From NCBI RefSeq assembly GCF_018977255.1, contig NW_024704756.1, forward strand, positions 14,076,001 through 14,140,000: 64,000 nt of DNA, read 5' to 3'. Positions 48,709-60,759 of this stretch are shown one piece after another (position 1 is the stretch's first letter; each line of letters begins with the position of its first letter). The DNA is from Callorhinchus milii. Its lineage: Eukaryota. The notes beneath the pieces were generated by a model. That model did no database searches, was not told the DNA's origin, and was given only the letters and a program-made list of their open reading frames with translations. Made by a program: the position numbers and the translations under genes.

Positions 48709-49927
48709 GGATAACAGTGGCTCATCTGAAAGAAGACCCAGAGAAACATAAGCTGACTGTTTGTGGGATGTTGCTGTGAGCAAATTGGCTTGCGGTTTGC
48801 CTACAATGCAATGTTCTTGGTAAAATCCTGTGAAGAGTTTCGAGATACAAGGCGCTATATAATAATAATAATAACAATAATAATAATAATAATAATAATC
48901 CTTGCATTTGACATAACGCCTTATCACATCGTTGAGACGTCTCAAAGTGCTTTGCAGGATAATCTATGCAAAACTCATTTGGACTATCAAATGCAAAGAT
49001 TTATTATGAGTGATACTGATATGGATCGGTAAAATGATTAACGTTTTAGTGGATGGGGTAGAGCAATCTAAATTAAAATCCCTTAAGGGTCAAATTCCAA
49101 TAACCTGGAAGACCTCTTTCTGACTGATACTGACATCGACACCATTCCCAATCCCTATGTCCTGAAGCCAGGTTTCCCCATTTGTCTTCCAGCTCACGGA
49201 AGATCGAATTCATTTGAGTGGAATTCTGATGGGCAGGTGTGAGACATTTACTGGAATTTAATATCTCAATATCCTAGATTCAGTATTTCAGCTTCCAGGA
49301 TTTAATATTTTAATATCTGGGATTTATTGCCTGTAGGATTCAATATTTGCCAATCCTTCTTCACATCCTACAAGCTGGATAGACCCCAATGAAAGTGATA
49401 ACCAAATTAAAGTCATGTAATTGTGTGATCCACAGAATGCGAGACCTGGCTAATGTTCTTCCCTCAGGGTATCTAAGTTATGAGCGATTTTTTTTATATA
49501 GATATAATTAAACTTTCTTATTGAGAGCGCATAAGGTTTAGCCACAAATCACAGGCTTCAAAGAATTATCACTTCAAAGATTATCAGATGTGAATGATTA
49601 AAAAAGTATGAAAGTATTCCAGATACGCGGAGTGGGGAGATAAAAGGATAAGTCGTTGCTTGGAGTAGCAATACTGGGAGAAAAACTATCAGCTCAGCTC
49701 AAGCTCTGTGCTCCGTCCTGTGCCCCAGGAGCACATTTAAGGATGACAATTGCGATTTTCATAACAGATCTCACAATTATAAAATGTGGTTTGGAATCCA
49801 TTACTATGTATCGCATTTTTCCAACTATTCCCAGAGATCATGTATGTGTAAACGCCTCCCCATCGTGCCCCCCCAACACACACACACACACACCCCACAC
49901 ACGCGCAAACACGCACGCATCCGTTTA

Positions 49928-50250
49928 TAATAATAATAATAATCCTTGCATTTGATATAGCGCTTTTCACATCTTCGAGACGTCTGAAAGTGTTTCACAG
50001 AATATGCTGTAAAGTGAATTGACTGCATCTTTGTGGGTGAAACGCGGCAGCCAATTGCGCACAGCAGCGTCCCACAAACAGTCGTGGATTGGAAATGAGC
50101 AATTTATTATTGTTTTTGGTTTTGGAGGGATTATTATTAGGGCTCTGTGTGGAGTAAGGAAACTTGCCCAAGGTTTCGCCCTCTGCCTGGGATTGAACCC
50201 AGGTCTCTCGCTTGCAAAGCGAGTGCTCTAACCACTGAGCTATAGGACTC
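49928..50250 (-). mobile_element. Full-length young tRNA-derived SINE
   Basis: Intact A box (TAGCTCAGTGG) and B box (GGTTCAATCCC), Deu-like 3' body, tail ATCAAATGCAAGGATTATTATT. Confidence 0.92.
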
Positions 50251-50499
50251 CACGCCTCCATCCTCAGTTGCCATATAGGAACTTGTTCCAAGATCCTGAG
50301 GCTCTGGGCTGATTGTTGCTTCTAACCCCTTCAGGAGAAGGGAAAGGAAGAACCTTGGAACTGACTGAGATCTGGAAACTCACACCTTGGTTTATTTTTC
50401 AGAAACGTGTCATTTCCGAACGTACATTACTTGGGGAGATGCATTTGAACAGAACGGACCCTTTTCTCCCCCCACCCGTCCCCCCACCACCACCTCCTC

Positions 50500-51810
50500 T
50501 GACTTCCTTTTTCCCTTTTAAGAAAATACGCAGGTTTCCAGAGCGGAGACTAAGGGTCACGTACTCACCCCTGAACCTTTCACCTCTGGTTCGGTAGTGA
50601 TTGCAAATCAGCCCGACCGAACGTGAATTCCTCAGTGAGAGCGAGGGAAAGGAATCATTTTACAACAAGGCATTTGGGTTCCTTCAGCTCCTGCAAGTAC
50701 ACAAAACACTGGTGGCTTTTAAATTCTTTCCGGCAAAGAACAACTTGTCCGCTTATCCGGCGCCCTTCACGCGGGGGAGAGTCTCGGAGCGCATTCAAAG
50801 AGGTAACCAGCGCAATGATGTGTGGCTTTAGGAGGGTGTCTTTAAATACAACCAGCGGTGAAAGTAAGTCGGGGCGGTGGTGGGGTGGGGGGGGGGGGGG
50901 GGGTTCACAGGTCACTAGAGGACAATGAACCAGAAACAGAGGCAGATGTCGTAAAAGGTCTTTTTAATGGTTCTCGGTTTAAAAACTCTGTTCGCCAACT
51001 ATTCTATCAAGTCGAAATGTGAATGAGGTCTCTGGATTCAGCCACTGTATCTCACACAGAACGCTTGGTGACCACCCCACACCCCCTCTCCCCCACACCC
51101 CCACCCCATGCTCCCTCCCTCCCTCCCTCCCTCCCTCTCTCTCTCTCTCTCTACATCTTAAGCCGAGACTCAAATTGTTGCTTTGGTAACACACGTCAGC
51201 CCACGTTGCCTTCCCACCTCTCAGTCGTGCCTCCACAAAGGCATTTCTTCTGTGGTTCCTTTCCCCCTCAGTGGGAGGTCGTGCAGTGCACGGGGGGAGG
51301 GGGGGGAGGTCAGTTGGAAGGTAGGGCAAATAATAAATAACCAAATTCCACCCCCCACCACCCCTTCTCTCTCTCTCTCGCTCTCTCGCTCGCTCTCTCG
51401 CTCTCTCTCTTAGGCTCGCAACTGCCACCGGGTTCTCAGAGGAAGTGGAATGTTCCACTCCAGCTCTCGCTTCCGAGGGGTGGTTGGGGGTGGCGGGGGG
51501 GGGGGGGGGGGGAGTGGGGGGGGGGGTGTTCCCAGCATTCAGTGTTTACTCCGCTTCCAAACGAGCCACTTTAAACAACAACAACAACAACAACGTGGTG
51601 GTGGTGTTGGTGGGTTGGCGCACAGCATCGTACCTGTCACCGCGGCTCAGTCGGCAGCCCGAGCTCTCGCACTTTGGGGTCAGAAAATTCGGGCTCGAGA
51701 CTCACGTCGGGACTGCGAGCTGAACGTCTCGTCTGACGCTCAGTGCTGGGGGAGAGCTCTCCGCTTTGCCGTCAGATCCTCTAACATAATCACGTCGTCC
51801 GCTCCTGCAA
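50500..51810. promoter_or_regulatory. CpG/GC-rich promoter region of the C8orf48-like gene with RFX X-box, CRE half-sites, ETS site and G-runs
   Basis: CpG density visibly above the flanks. GTTGCTTTGGTAAC (X-box) at 51177-51190, ACGTCA right after it, GGAAGT near 51442, poly-G tracts at 50880-50905 and 51495-51526. Confidence 0.6.
50569..50690 (-). other. Probable 5'UTR exon of the C8orf48-like gene
   Basis: Consensus donor GGG|GTGAGT at 50569; possible acceptor TTTTGTGTACTTGCAG| at 50690. No in-frame ATG; contains a short uORF. Further candidate donors at 51634 (CAG|GTACGA) and 51706 (GAC|GTGAGT). Confidence 0.45.
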
Positions 51811-52020
51811 TCTGCTTTCGCCCACAAAATACACAGTCAAGCCACTTTGCAGTGTATGGTGTGAAGCGCTTTGAGACGTCTCAACGACACGATAAAGCGC
51901 TATATCAATGCAAGGATTAATTATTACCTTAACACAGTATTATTATTAACTTGCCGTGAATCGCCAATGAATGGAAAGACAACTTTTAGGGTCTTTTCCA
52001 GCATGTGCCGTTCCCTACTG

Positions 52021-52040
52021 TGGCCAGCAGATGGCCACTG
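52021..52040 (+). promoter_or_regulatory. Candidate CTCF site
   Basis: TGGCCAGCAGATGGCCACTG resembles the CTCF core (CCASYAGRKGGC); it lies at the edge of the CpG-rich region. Confidence 0.4.
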
Positions 52041-53329
52041 TATTACAGGTTCCCGGTACCAAGCCGAGGAGGTTGTAAACCATCTCAACTTTGTACTAGA
52101 TTTAAAATGCATTGTAAAGTGCGCCACGACTTTACTTTCACTTCGAAGCAAAACTCCCACCTCCTGCTGCCAGCAGAAAAGGAAATACTTTGCCTATTTT
52201 CCACGTTCCCTTGGACTGGAGCAGTGAAGCCTTTTGTAGCTCACGGACAACTGCTCCAGCTGAGATCTGCTAACTCAGCAGACACTGGGACACTCAAACC
52301 TATTTTTAACGATAAATGATAACAATAATAATAACCACAATAATCCTTGCATTTGACATCACGCCTTTCACGCCTGGAGGGGAGGACATCTCGAAGCACT
52401 TCGCAGGATTTACGGCAAAGCCCAGTGACTGTGTATTTTGAAGGTCAAAACGCAGCAGCCAATTTGGTTGTGTGTGTCCAGACACCGAATGAGGCAGGTG
52501 ATAGTCATTGCAGTCTGATGTCATTCTGTCCCCTCTATCCACATGCATTGGTTGTCCAGAAGGTGGGGGTGGAGGGACGGGGTGGGGGCAATGGATAGCC
52601 ATGAGGTGTGGGAACTTTGTCTGATCCCCCCACCCCCCTCGCCAGCCCCAGTGGCATTGAGAACAATGTTAGCGCTCTTCGTGCCAACTAACTCAACACA
52701 GAGTGAGAACCGGAGTTACCTGGTCTGTGTTTGCCATCGGTGGAGCCGGGGCTGATCCTTTCATTGTGACCCAGAAAACGCAGAGATCATTCAAAATGGT
52801 CAAATAACACTCTCCCCCCCCAACCCCCATAACAAAGGAGCTCCTTTGAAAATGCTAAGTCAGTTCTAACTATAAAGAAAACATACAGAATAAAAAGGGC
52901 TTGAAACCACGCTGATCGTGTTGAGGGATTAGTTTCACATTTCCACTAGTTAGTGGAAGCTGAGGCCATCACATTTGCTTACGATTTTTCAGGAAGTTTT
53001 AGCGGAAGATGGTGAAAACTGCTGTCACATTGAACATTTCTCACCAGCCCTGACCGCACTGTAAAGTTGAGTCTACACTTCAAGCCTCGCAGAGGGAGCA
53101 GAGGTGTCCTATGGGGAGCGCACTGTGATGTTATTATTTAAGACAAGACAGCTGTATATTGTCAGGTTTTCAGCAGGAGTTTAAATATACAGAGGCTGAA
53201 ATTGATTGTGTGAACATTTATTTACTCTAGTAAACGAATCCTGGAGAGGACTTGGGTAACATGAGAGTGAGTAGAAGCTGAAATTTGCAATTGTGCCAAC
53301 AAACACTGCAAGAGATTCACAGAGAGACA

Positions 53330-53590
53330 CAGTGAATGTTAAAAATCCCGTGACACTATTCGAAAAGAGAAGGGAGTCTTCCCCTGGTGTTCTGGCCAAC
53401 CCACCCACAGATAAAATTGGTCACTCACTTCAAGGCTGTTTGTGGGACACTGTTGTGGGAACGCCTTCACCTACAAATACACAGACACTACACTTTACAG
53501 TAAATCCTGTGAAGCGCTTTGAGCCATTACGATGAAGTGATAAGGCGCGATATCAAATGCAAGGATTATTATTATTATTATTATTTATTA
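53330..53590 (+). mobile_element. Deu-domain SINE variant
   Basis: GTTAAAAATCCCGTGACACTATTCGAAAAGAG..CCCCTGGTGTTCTGGCCAA plus the family tail. Confidence 0.75.
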
Positions 53591-55185
53591 TAACAATGAA
53601 GAAAGAAGGTGAATTTTCACAGCGACTTATTATGTTGAAAAGTCTCAAAGCATTTCCTCATAGTTAATTACTACTGTGCTTTACAGTCTATGTCACTCTA
53701 ATGCTATGTGTGCGAACGGTTTTACAAAGAGGGAAACAAAGTGACGATATGACGATAAAGTGCAAAGAATTTGCATTAAACTGATTGGATTTGCAGGAAC
53801 ATCCTGAAGTGCCCTTTGTGCATTCTTTTCCAGCAGCTACAAGCTAATGCTCTTGCAACCTGTGGTATCAATGACACTTTTCCAACGCACTTTTCCTGTC
53901 TGCTTTCCATGCACCATATCTGATGTCTTTCACCGGACCAGTTTAATATAGATAAGTAACATAAGCCAGTTGTTTTTTGAGGGGAGAGGGAGGGGGGGAT
54001 GTGGGAACATTGAGTTACTTACATCTGCTAAACTAGCGCAATAAAAGATATCAGATTTAGTGCGGAGTTTGTCTTAGTAGATCAAACAGCTTGGTATAGC
54101 CATCTCTCAAGCTGCAGGCATAATTGATAAAGAGAACAAATATTTAATTACGTTTCAAAGGCAGAATTATTGTGCGTGCAGCTAAAAGCACACACAATGC
54201 TTCTACATTTGTATCTGGTCTCCCAGTTCCTATTTTATAGCTTTCCTGCACAACTCGAAGATTTATACCCAGTGCCATATGCCACAGTGGCAAGTTAGTG
54301 TCATGTAATCAATTTTGAGAAAGCAGTAAGAAAAATAACTTCCGCTTGTGTAAACACTGAGTTCAGGAGTTATTTATGTTAAGTTACTGTTTTCTTTTTT
54401 CCTCAGTTCCCTTTTTTTGATTTTGCTTCCAGAGGGCCTTTTGCATCCGGTCGACTATTCGTAGACTCCTATTTTTATTGCCGGGCAGTTACTTTGGGAT
54501 GTTTTTCCCCCCCCCACAAATCTCTTCTTGGGTTTGCAAAGCGAACCAGCTCTTCAGCTGGAATCAAAGCTGCTCCATGACCTGCCAGTGTGTGAGGATG
54601 GCTGTCTGGTGATTTGCCATTGTCCTGACTCCATCTCCCTCCTTGACCCCAAGAGAAAAGCATGGGTTCTGTTTAGCACCTTCTGTCCCGTTGCAAAGCA
54701 GAGCTGATAAATCGAACAATACACAGGAATGAATCACCTTTATACTTGCGGATAACATTAAGCCCTACTGTTCCTGGCATCACACGACCCAAATCTCTGT
54801 CTCAGCCGTAAGACCCTCATGGTAAAATTTAAGATTGGTACAAACTTTGGAAAAGACTTAAGTTCCGTCTTAAACTGGAAGACTGTTTTCCCACAAAAAC
54901 TGTTAAAAAAAAGAACATTTGTTCCTAAAGTAAAACGGAATTTAAGAATTTTCCAAAACTTACATGAGCTTAAATTTTCAGACAATTTTAAGGCAACGTG
55001 TATGCTATGCATGTGTTGTCTATTTGGGGCGGTCAGGAAGAAAGTACTCGGACCAATATTACTTAATGGGAACTAATAACACCACTTCCCATTCAATACT
55101 AGGAATAATGATGAATTGTAGATAGCCCTTTCCACTTTTCAATCCAATATATGGGAAGCAGCACAAACAGCAGTGAAGTAAGTAA

Positions 55186-55283
55186 CAACAACAACAACAA
55201 CAACAAGATTCCACTTATAGAGCGTCTTTCACGTCAGGAAGACGTCCCAAGGCGCTGAAAGTAAGTAAGTAAGTAAGTAAGTA
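55186..55283. repeat. L2 tail (-) with (CAA)n, followed by a (GTAA)n microsatellite
   Basis: TTTCACGTCAGGAAGACGTCCCAAGGCGCTG then GTAAGTAAGTAAGTAAGTAAGTAG. Confidence 0.8.
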
Positions 55284-56055
55284 GTGGTGGGTTTGTACCT
55301 TCCTGTTTGTTGTGTAAAATGCTTCTTGGAGCCCGGACAATTGAGGGTTACTCTTCTCAGATTCTGGGAATACTCCGAAAGTGTTTCCCCAGTACAGCCA
55401 CGCCATTGTTGTCTCCGTCTGCATGGCTGTCTGGCTGTAATCCTGAACCAGAGGTAAAGTTGCAAGGCTGACATCAGGGGTCATCAATATCTAGTGTTTC
55501 TTCCTGATAAATGCTGAGTGATTGATAGAGGCATTGCACAGAAATGTGAAACTTTGGACCTGTTGGCCTATTCACTTGAGCTGAATGAACTTGAATTCAA
55601 TTCTTGCCATTCACTTGTGCCAAACAAAAGCGACCTAATGTATGCTGGGGATAGAATGTGATTAAACGGTACTGAATTTCTCCTTTAGTCCAACAATTTG
55701 TCCTTTAATCTGTTTTTTTTTGCAGGCGAAATTGACAGCTTCTTGACTTAGTGACATTGTAGTGCTGGTATTGGCTAAATGTTGGTGCTTCATTTTGGCT
55801 TGAGACTTTCCAAAGAATCCATTCAAGCAGTCTGTCTGTACGCTGATCGCTAAAAGCAGCAATCTTTGTCATTGTGCTTTTAGCATGGGATTTCTAATTT
55901 AGTTATCAACATATGATCGATGTAATACTATCCCCAAGTACAGGACATCTAATATATGCAAAAGTATCATTTTTAGAGATGCTCTTCAGAGAAAATCAAT
56001 GAGACAAATATGCAAGAAAGAAAGAACCTGTCTTTTTGTAGTAGCTTTCATATAT

Positions 56056-56358
56056 AATAATAATAAATAATCCTTGCATTGATATAGTGCTTTTTCACGT
56101 CTTCTAGACGTCTCAAAGCGCTTCACAGAATATACTGTAAGGTTAATTCACTGTATATTTTGTGGGCGAAACACGGCAGCCAATTGCGCACAGCAGTGTC
56201 CCACAAACAGTCGTGGATTGAAGTGACCAATTTTATTAATGTTTTTTTTCTTGAGGGAGTATTATCAGGCGTGTGGAGTAAGAAAATCTGCCCAAGGTTT
56301 AAATCGAACCCAGATCTCTCGCTTGCGAGGCGAGCGCTCTGGCCACTGAGCTACAGGG
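56056..56358 (-). mobile_element. Full-length SINE, same family
   Basis: Head, body and tail are colinear with 49928-50250. Confidence 0.88.
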
Positions 56359-57688
56359 CTTTGTGTTGAAGCAACTCACAGAGATTCACACAGGTAATTA
56401 CTATCAAGCATTTAGGTAGGAAAATGTATGTGTGTCAGCCTGGCTCAGTGTCACTCCTGCCTCTGAGTCAGAAAGTTGTGGGTTCAAGCATCGTGTCGGG
56501 ACTTGGAATCACATAGTCTGAGCTGCCTCTCCAGAGCAGATCACACGCCTAAACTATTCTGATACTTAATCTGCCATCTTTAGCTTTGTCATGCGGCTCA
56601 TCAGCTCTGGATTGGTCATCTAAGTGGTTGCATCAACTTGTAGGATAAGCAGCCAAGTTCAGAGAATTTTATTATAATAATAATAATAATAATAATCCTT
56701 GCATTTGATAATAGCACCTTATCACGTCGTTGCAACGTATCAAAGCGTTTCCCAGAATATACCGTAAAGCGAATCGACTGTGTCGTTTGTGGGCAAAACG
56801 TGGTGAGCCAATTGTGTTCCCCCTCCCGCCCCCAATACTTGCTCAAGTCTTCCCGAGGCCGCAACCTATTTTGCATTCAAGCGAATGTTGGCCTCAACTC
56901 GTTATCTAAACCTCTGCTACTGCTGCTTCCAGTGCTCCGTTAGCCTGGCTCCCCTTTCACCTCTTCCTCTCGGGGATGTGAAAATTGAGCTGCCGTCCCC
57001 TAACTGCACGACACAGTGTAGTAGTGTTCACTGCACCACTGCCTCGGCTCCCTTTATTTTCTTGACATGCTCCTTGAGTTACAACGCAGATCTGAGTCAA
57101 AAACTCTCGCTCTTTAAAGTTCCTTCAAAACACGCCATAACCTTTTCCGAGAACCGAACTGGGGGAATGTTTCCCCCCTGCTCGATAAAACAAAGAGCGA
57201 CTTGGTTTACTCGCTCGCACTTCCTACGCGGCAGGAATAAAGTCTGGCCATTATAAAGTTGCAATAAACATTTTGACTCTTGTTTGTTATTTGAGAATGC
57301 TTCAGTTCAAATCGTACGATGAGGTGTACTGATCCCAGTCTATAATGAGGCCAGTCTCTGTGGACCCCACTTACTCTGTCTCGCTTTCTGATTCCGTGTT
57401 TGTTTTAAGTTTCCTGTCCTCAATTGCACATGGCTACCTCTCCAAACTCCCACTTGTGTGACTTTGATTATATCTTTTCGCCCTGACACTCCTCAATGCT
57501 AAACAATCAAGAGTCACATCGCCAACCACATCAACTCAGTCATCAGCTCAGTCCTTGCTCCTGTGTCAATAGCTTGGGTGTCAATAATTGGGTGTCAATA
57601 GCTACTGACTGTCCCACCGAAACAACAATATTGGAAAAAAAATTACAGTTGCAAGGCTATGATAAAAATCCTTCAGAAGCACTCTGAG

Positions 57689-58150
57689 ACAACAACAACA
57701 ACGAGATTTCATTTATAGAGCGCCTTTCACGTCGGGAGGATGCCCCAAGGCGCTGGACAGTTGGTTCGGGACCCGAGCCTTGGGGGGAAATGGTCAGGTT
57801 GAGGGGAGGGAAGAGAGGGAGCGAGGAGGGGGTACAGAATCGAGAGGGTAGCTGAAGGCACAGTTGAAGAGAAAGGTCTTGAGACCGGCCTTGAAGGAGG
57901 AAAGGGAGGAAGCGGCGAAGGCACTGGGGGATGGAGTTCCAGAGCCTCGGGGCTGAAAGGCTGAAGGCCCGGCCACCGATGGTAGGGTGGTTGGGGTGGG
58001 GGATGTGGAGCAGACCGGAGCCAGAGGAACGGAGGGTACGGGCAGGTAAGTAGGGGGATAGTAGGTCGGAGAGGTAAGGGGAAGCAAGGCCGTGAATGGC
58101 CTTGTAAGTGAGGATGAGGATCTTGAATTCGAAGGTGAGGATGAGGATCA
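57689..58150 (-). mobile_element. L2 3' fragment (young), with a short duplication at the 5' truncation
   Basis: EFKILILTYKAIHGLASPYLSDLL..RTLRSS..TIGGRAFSLSAPRLWNSIP (typical L2 ORF2 end); GTGAGGATGAGGATC is repeated at the break. Confidence 0.9.
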
Positions 58151-59604
58151 GCTCGATGACTTGGCAAGGCTCTATATCAAATGCAAGGATTATTAGTATT
58201 AATATTATTGCAGCAAGTTGGACTTCCTTTGATACACTGATACACTGGATTGTTGAATAAAGAGAGGGTTTATTTCTGCTGACCATATTGATGTGTGATG
58301 AACATAACAGCTGAAATATGAGAAATTCTGCTGAACAAAGAAAAAATGACTGTCTGACTGAACTAAACTCGTCCTATTTTCCTTTGCCTAGTCTGTGGAG
58401 AATTGGCAGCTGTAGGTTGTGCCTGAGCATTTTTTATCTGCGAGAAAATCTGGCCAATTGAATGTGGGATTCCTCGGATGTAAAAGAAATGACATTTCAT
58501 GTGCTTACGCCACAATCTCTCATCACAGATTTCTATAAAAGCCAATCGCTAGACATGTTATTAAAAGATATTGGGCCAAAACGAGTAGCTTTCGGAATAT
58601 GAAGCAATGTAATCTTATGTTAATTTTTTTTAAAAAAAGTACATCATATCAGTTTGATTAGTGATAATAGTGGGCAAAACATTGGAATTTTCGTCTCTCT
58701 CCACACACACACACACCCATCACTCTCCACACTGCGCCTCAGACCTACAAATTGACAATTTATCAAACAAACTTGACTCGGAAACACAATGGAGTGAAAA
58801 TTTGCGACTTTCCTTATGATAATTAACCACAACGACAACAACTTGCATTTGCATAGCGTCCTTCACCCGGGGTAGGGGTCACAGTGACAGAGATAACACA
58901 GCAAATTTTACCCCAGTAAATTTTACCCTATGAATCCGGCCTTTCAGGGGATGTACTTCGAACAACTTTTTTTAAAATATATTTCTAGCATTTTCTTTAA
59001 TCAAAGTTTGCGTAAAAAAAAATGTTATTTCAGAAAAAAACACGCAACAGCAAATTAGATGAGTGCAGAGAACGCCTTTCACATTTGAAGGGCATCAGAA
59101 AGTGCTTCACGTGACTGGGGAGAGTAAGGCACCGATGGTGGAAAGGTGCTGAAATTTGGGAGAATCGGCAGTTCAGGAATCCAGGCAAAGCTTCACGTCC
59201 AAACACTTTGCCGCATTCCACATCAGATCCCTGTGGTTCGATGCCCCTGCCCTAGTTTTAAAGATTATTTTTGTTTCTCTCAAATCCATTCAATAAAGTA
59301 TTATTCTACTCCGTGGCTACACTGAGACCTGGGGATGTAAGCATGGCTCGGAAAATCAAAGGCAGATTGAAATTGGATCTACCTCAGTTACCCTGCAGTC
59401 TCTCGGTGGGCCAGGGTTTCTTTGTGCAGTAATTTACACTACGTGTATTCATGTGCACGATCGTTCAAAAATGTAAGCATGGGAACTGCAGATGCTGAAG
59501 AGAATAGGGGCAGCTGCACAGTGCTGTTTTGGGAGGGGATGTGGTGGAGATTGGGCAGATACGATGAAGGGAAGAGACTCGGTCTTGAGGTCATTAATTA
59601 CAAG

Positions 59605-59970
59605 GGTTCAAAATTATGAGGGCTTTGGATGAAAGTAAATAAGGAGAAACTGCTTCCACCGATGGGTGGGTTGGTAACCAGTGGACACAGATTTAACGTA
59701 ATTAACAAAAAAAATCAGAGGGGAGATGAGGAGAATTTTTTTTAACGCAGCGAGAGTTGTTATGATCTGAAATGCACAGCCTGAAAGGGAGGTGGAAGCA
59801 GATTGAATAATACCTTTCAAAAGGGGAATTGGATATATGCTTAAAAAGAAAAAAAATTGCATGGCTATGGGGAAAGAGCGGGGGGAGTGGGACTAATTGG
59901 ATAGCTCTTTCAAAGAGCCAGCACAGGCACAATGGGCCAAATGGCCTCCTTCTGTGCTGTAGGATTCTAT
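59605..59970 (+). mobile_element. CR1 LINE 3' end
   Basis: Homologous to 15128-15412; ends ATGGGCCAAATGGCCTCCTTCTGTGCTGTAGGATTCTAT. Confidence 0.88.
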
Positions 59971-60759
59971 AAGTATTAGCCTAGGCCCCAAATTGCTAAG
60001 GTAGGTTTCAGTTGTTCCTACACATGATCTGTTTCATTCATTTTAATATGATAGTAATAATAATACTAATAATCCTCGCGTTTGACACAGTATGTTCATG
60101 TTGGGAGGGCATCTCAAAAAGCTTCACATGATTTATTATAAAGTGTGACTGTGAATTTATAGCTGACTAATATAATACTAAGATTTTAGGTATATAATAA
60201 TAATATAATCAGAATTGGAGCTACAGTCCAATTCTGAATATACCTAAAATTATAGGTATAATAATAATATACCTATAATTTGGCCAAAGCATGTAGATAA
60301 ATTCATAATTTGTTTCGTGAATACATGTCAAATTATTGGCATGTTTTTATGGGATGTACCAGAATGTCTCATGGTTGGAAAATTCATTTGTTGAAGGATC
60401 AACCCAGTTCCTTATTACCATTTTTCTGTTCATCAAAGTCACAATGTTTTTTTCTACTTTACATACTTCAAGGTATCATAAATCCAATCGTCTAACTCTG
60501 TAACCTTTTTAAAAGGTTTCTTTGAAATAAATTAAAATGAAATGTAAATGACAAAAGTAATCGTGTGCAGTACAATGATCCACTTTGAATTGATTAACAA
60601 TTCTCCAGTCTCAATGTTGTGCCCTTGAACCAAGAGAAACTTTAATGCCTCAATATTGCAAGCCATTAAAAGAATTAGATTAAAAATGTGGCATATGAAA
60701 GGAAGGAGAGGCTACATCTTAAGGTTTTTCTTTCAATCTCTTAGGATTCGTTTAACACT

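Noticed and set aside
48726..48945. N-terminal part of the 204-aa ORF with poly-Tyr
   Set aside because: Derived from two tail-to-tail SINEs and an (AAT)n tract upstream of the splice acceptor at 48725; intronic.
50180..50250. tRNA-Ala(TGC)-like gene (also 22670-22740, 61040-61117)
   Set aside because: No proper acceptor stem, and it runs directly into a SINE body and tail; these are SINE heads.
50979..51920. 150-160-aa ORFs in the CpG-rich region
   Set aside because: Low-complexity translations of microsatellites and G-runs with no recognisable domain.
55259..55283. Tandem GTAAGT donor-like array
   Set aside because: A simple (GTAA)n microsatellite at the edge of an L2 tail, with no upstream exon.
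57657..58286. 209-aa ORF (also 2977-3522, 15620-15928, 16318-16794)
   Set aside because: L2 or CR1 ORF2 remnants fused by chance to flanking sequence; not host genes.
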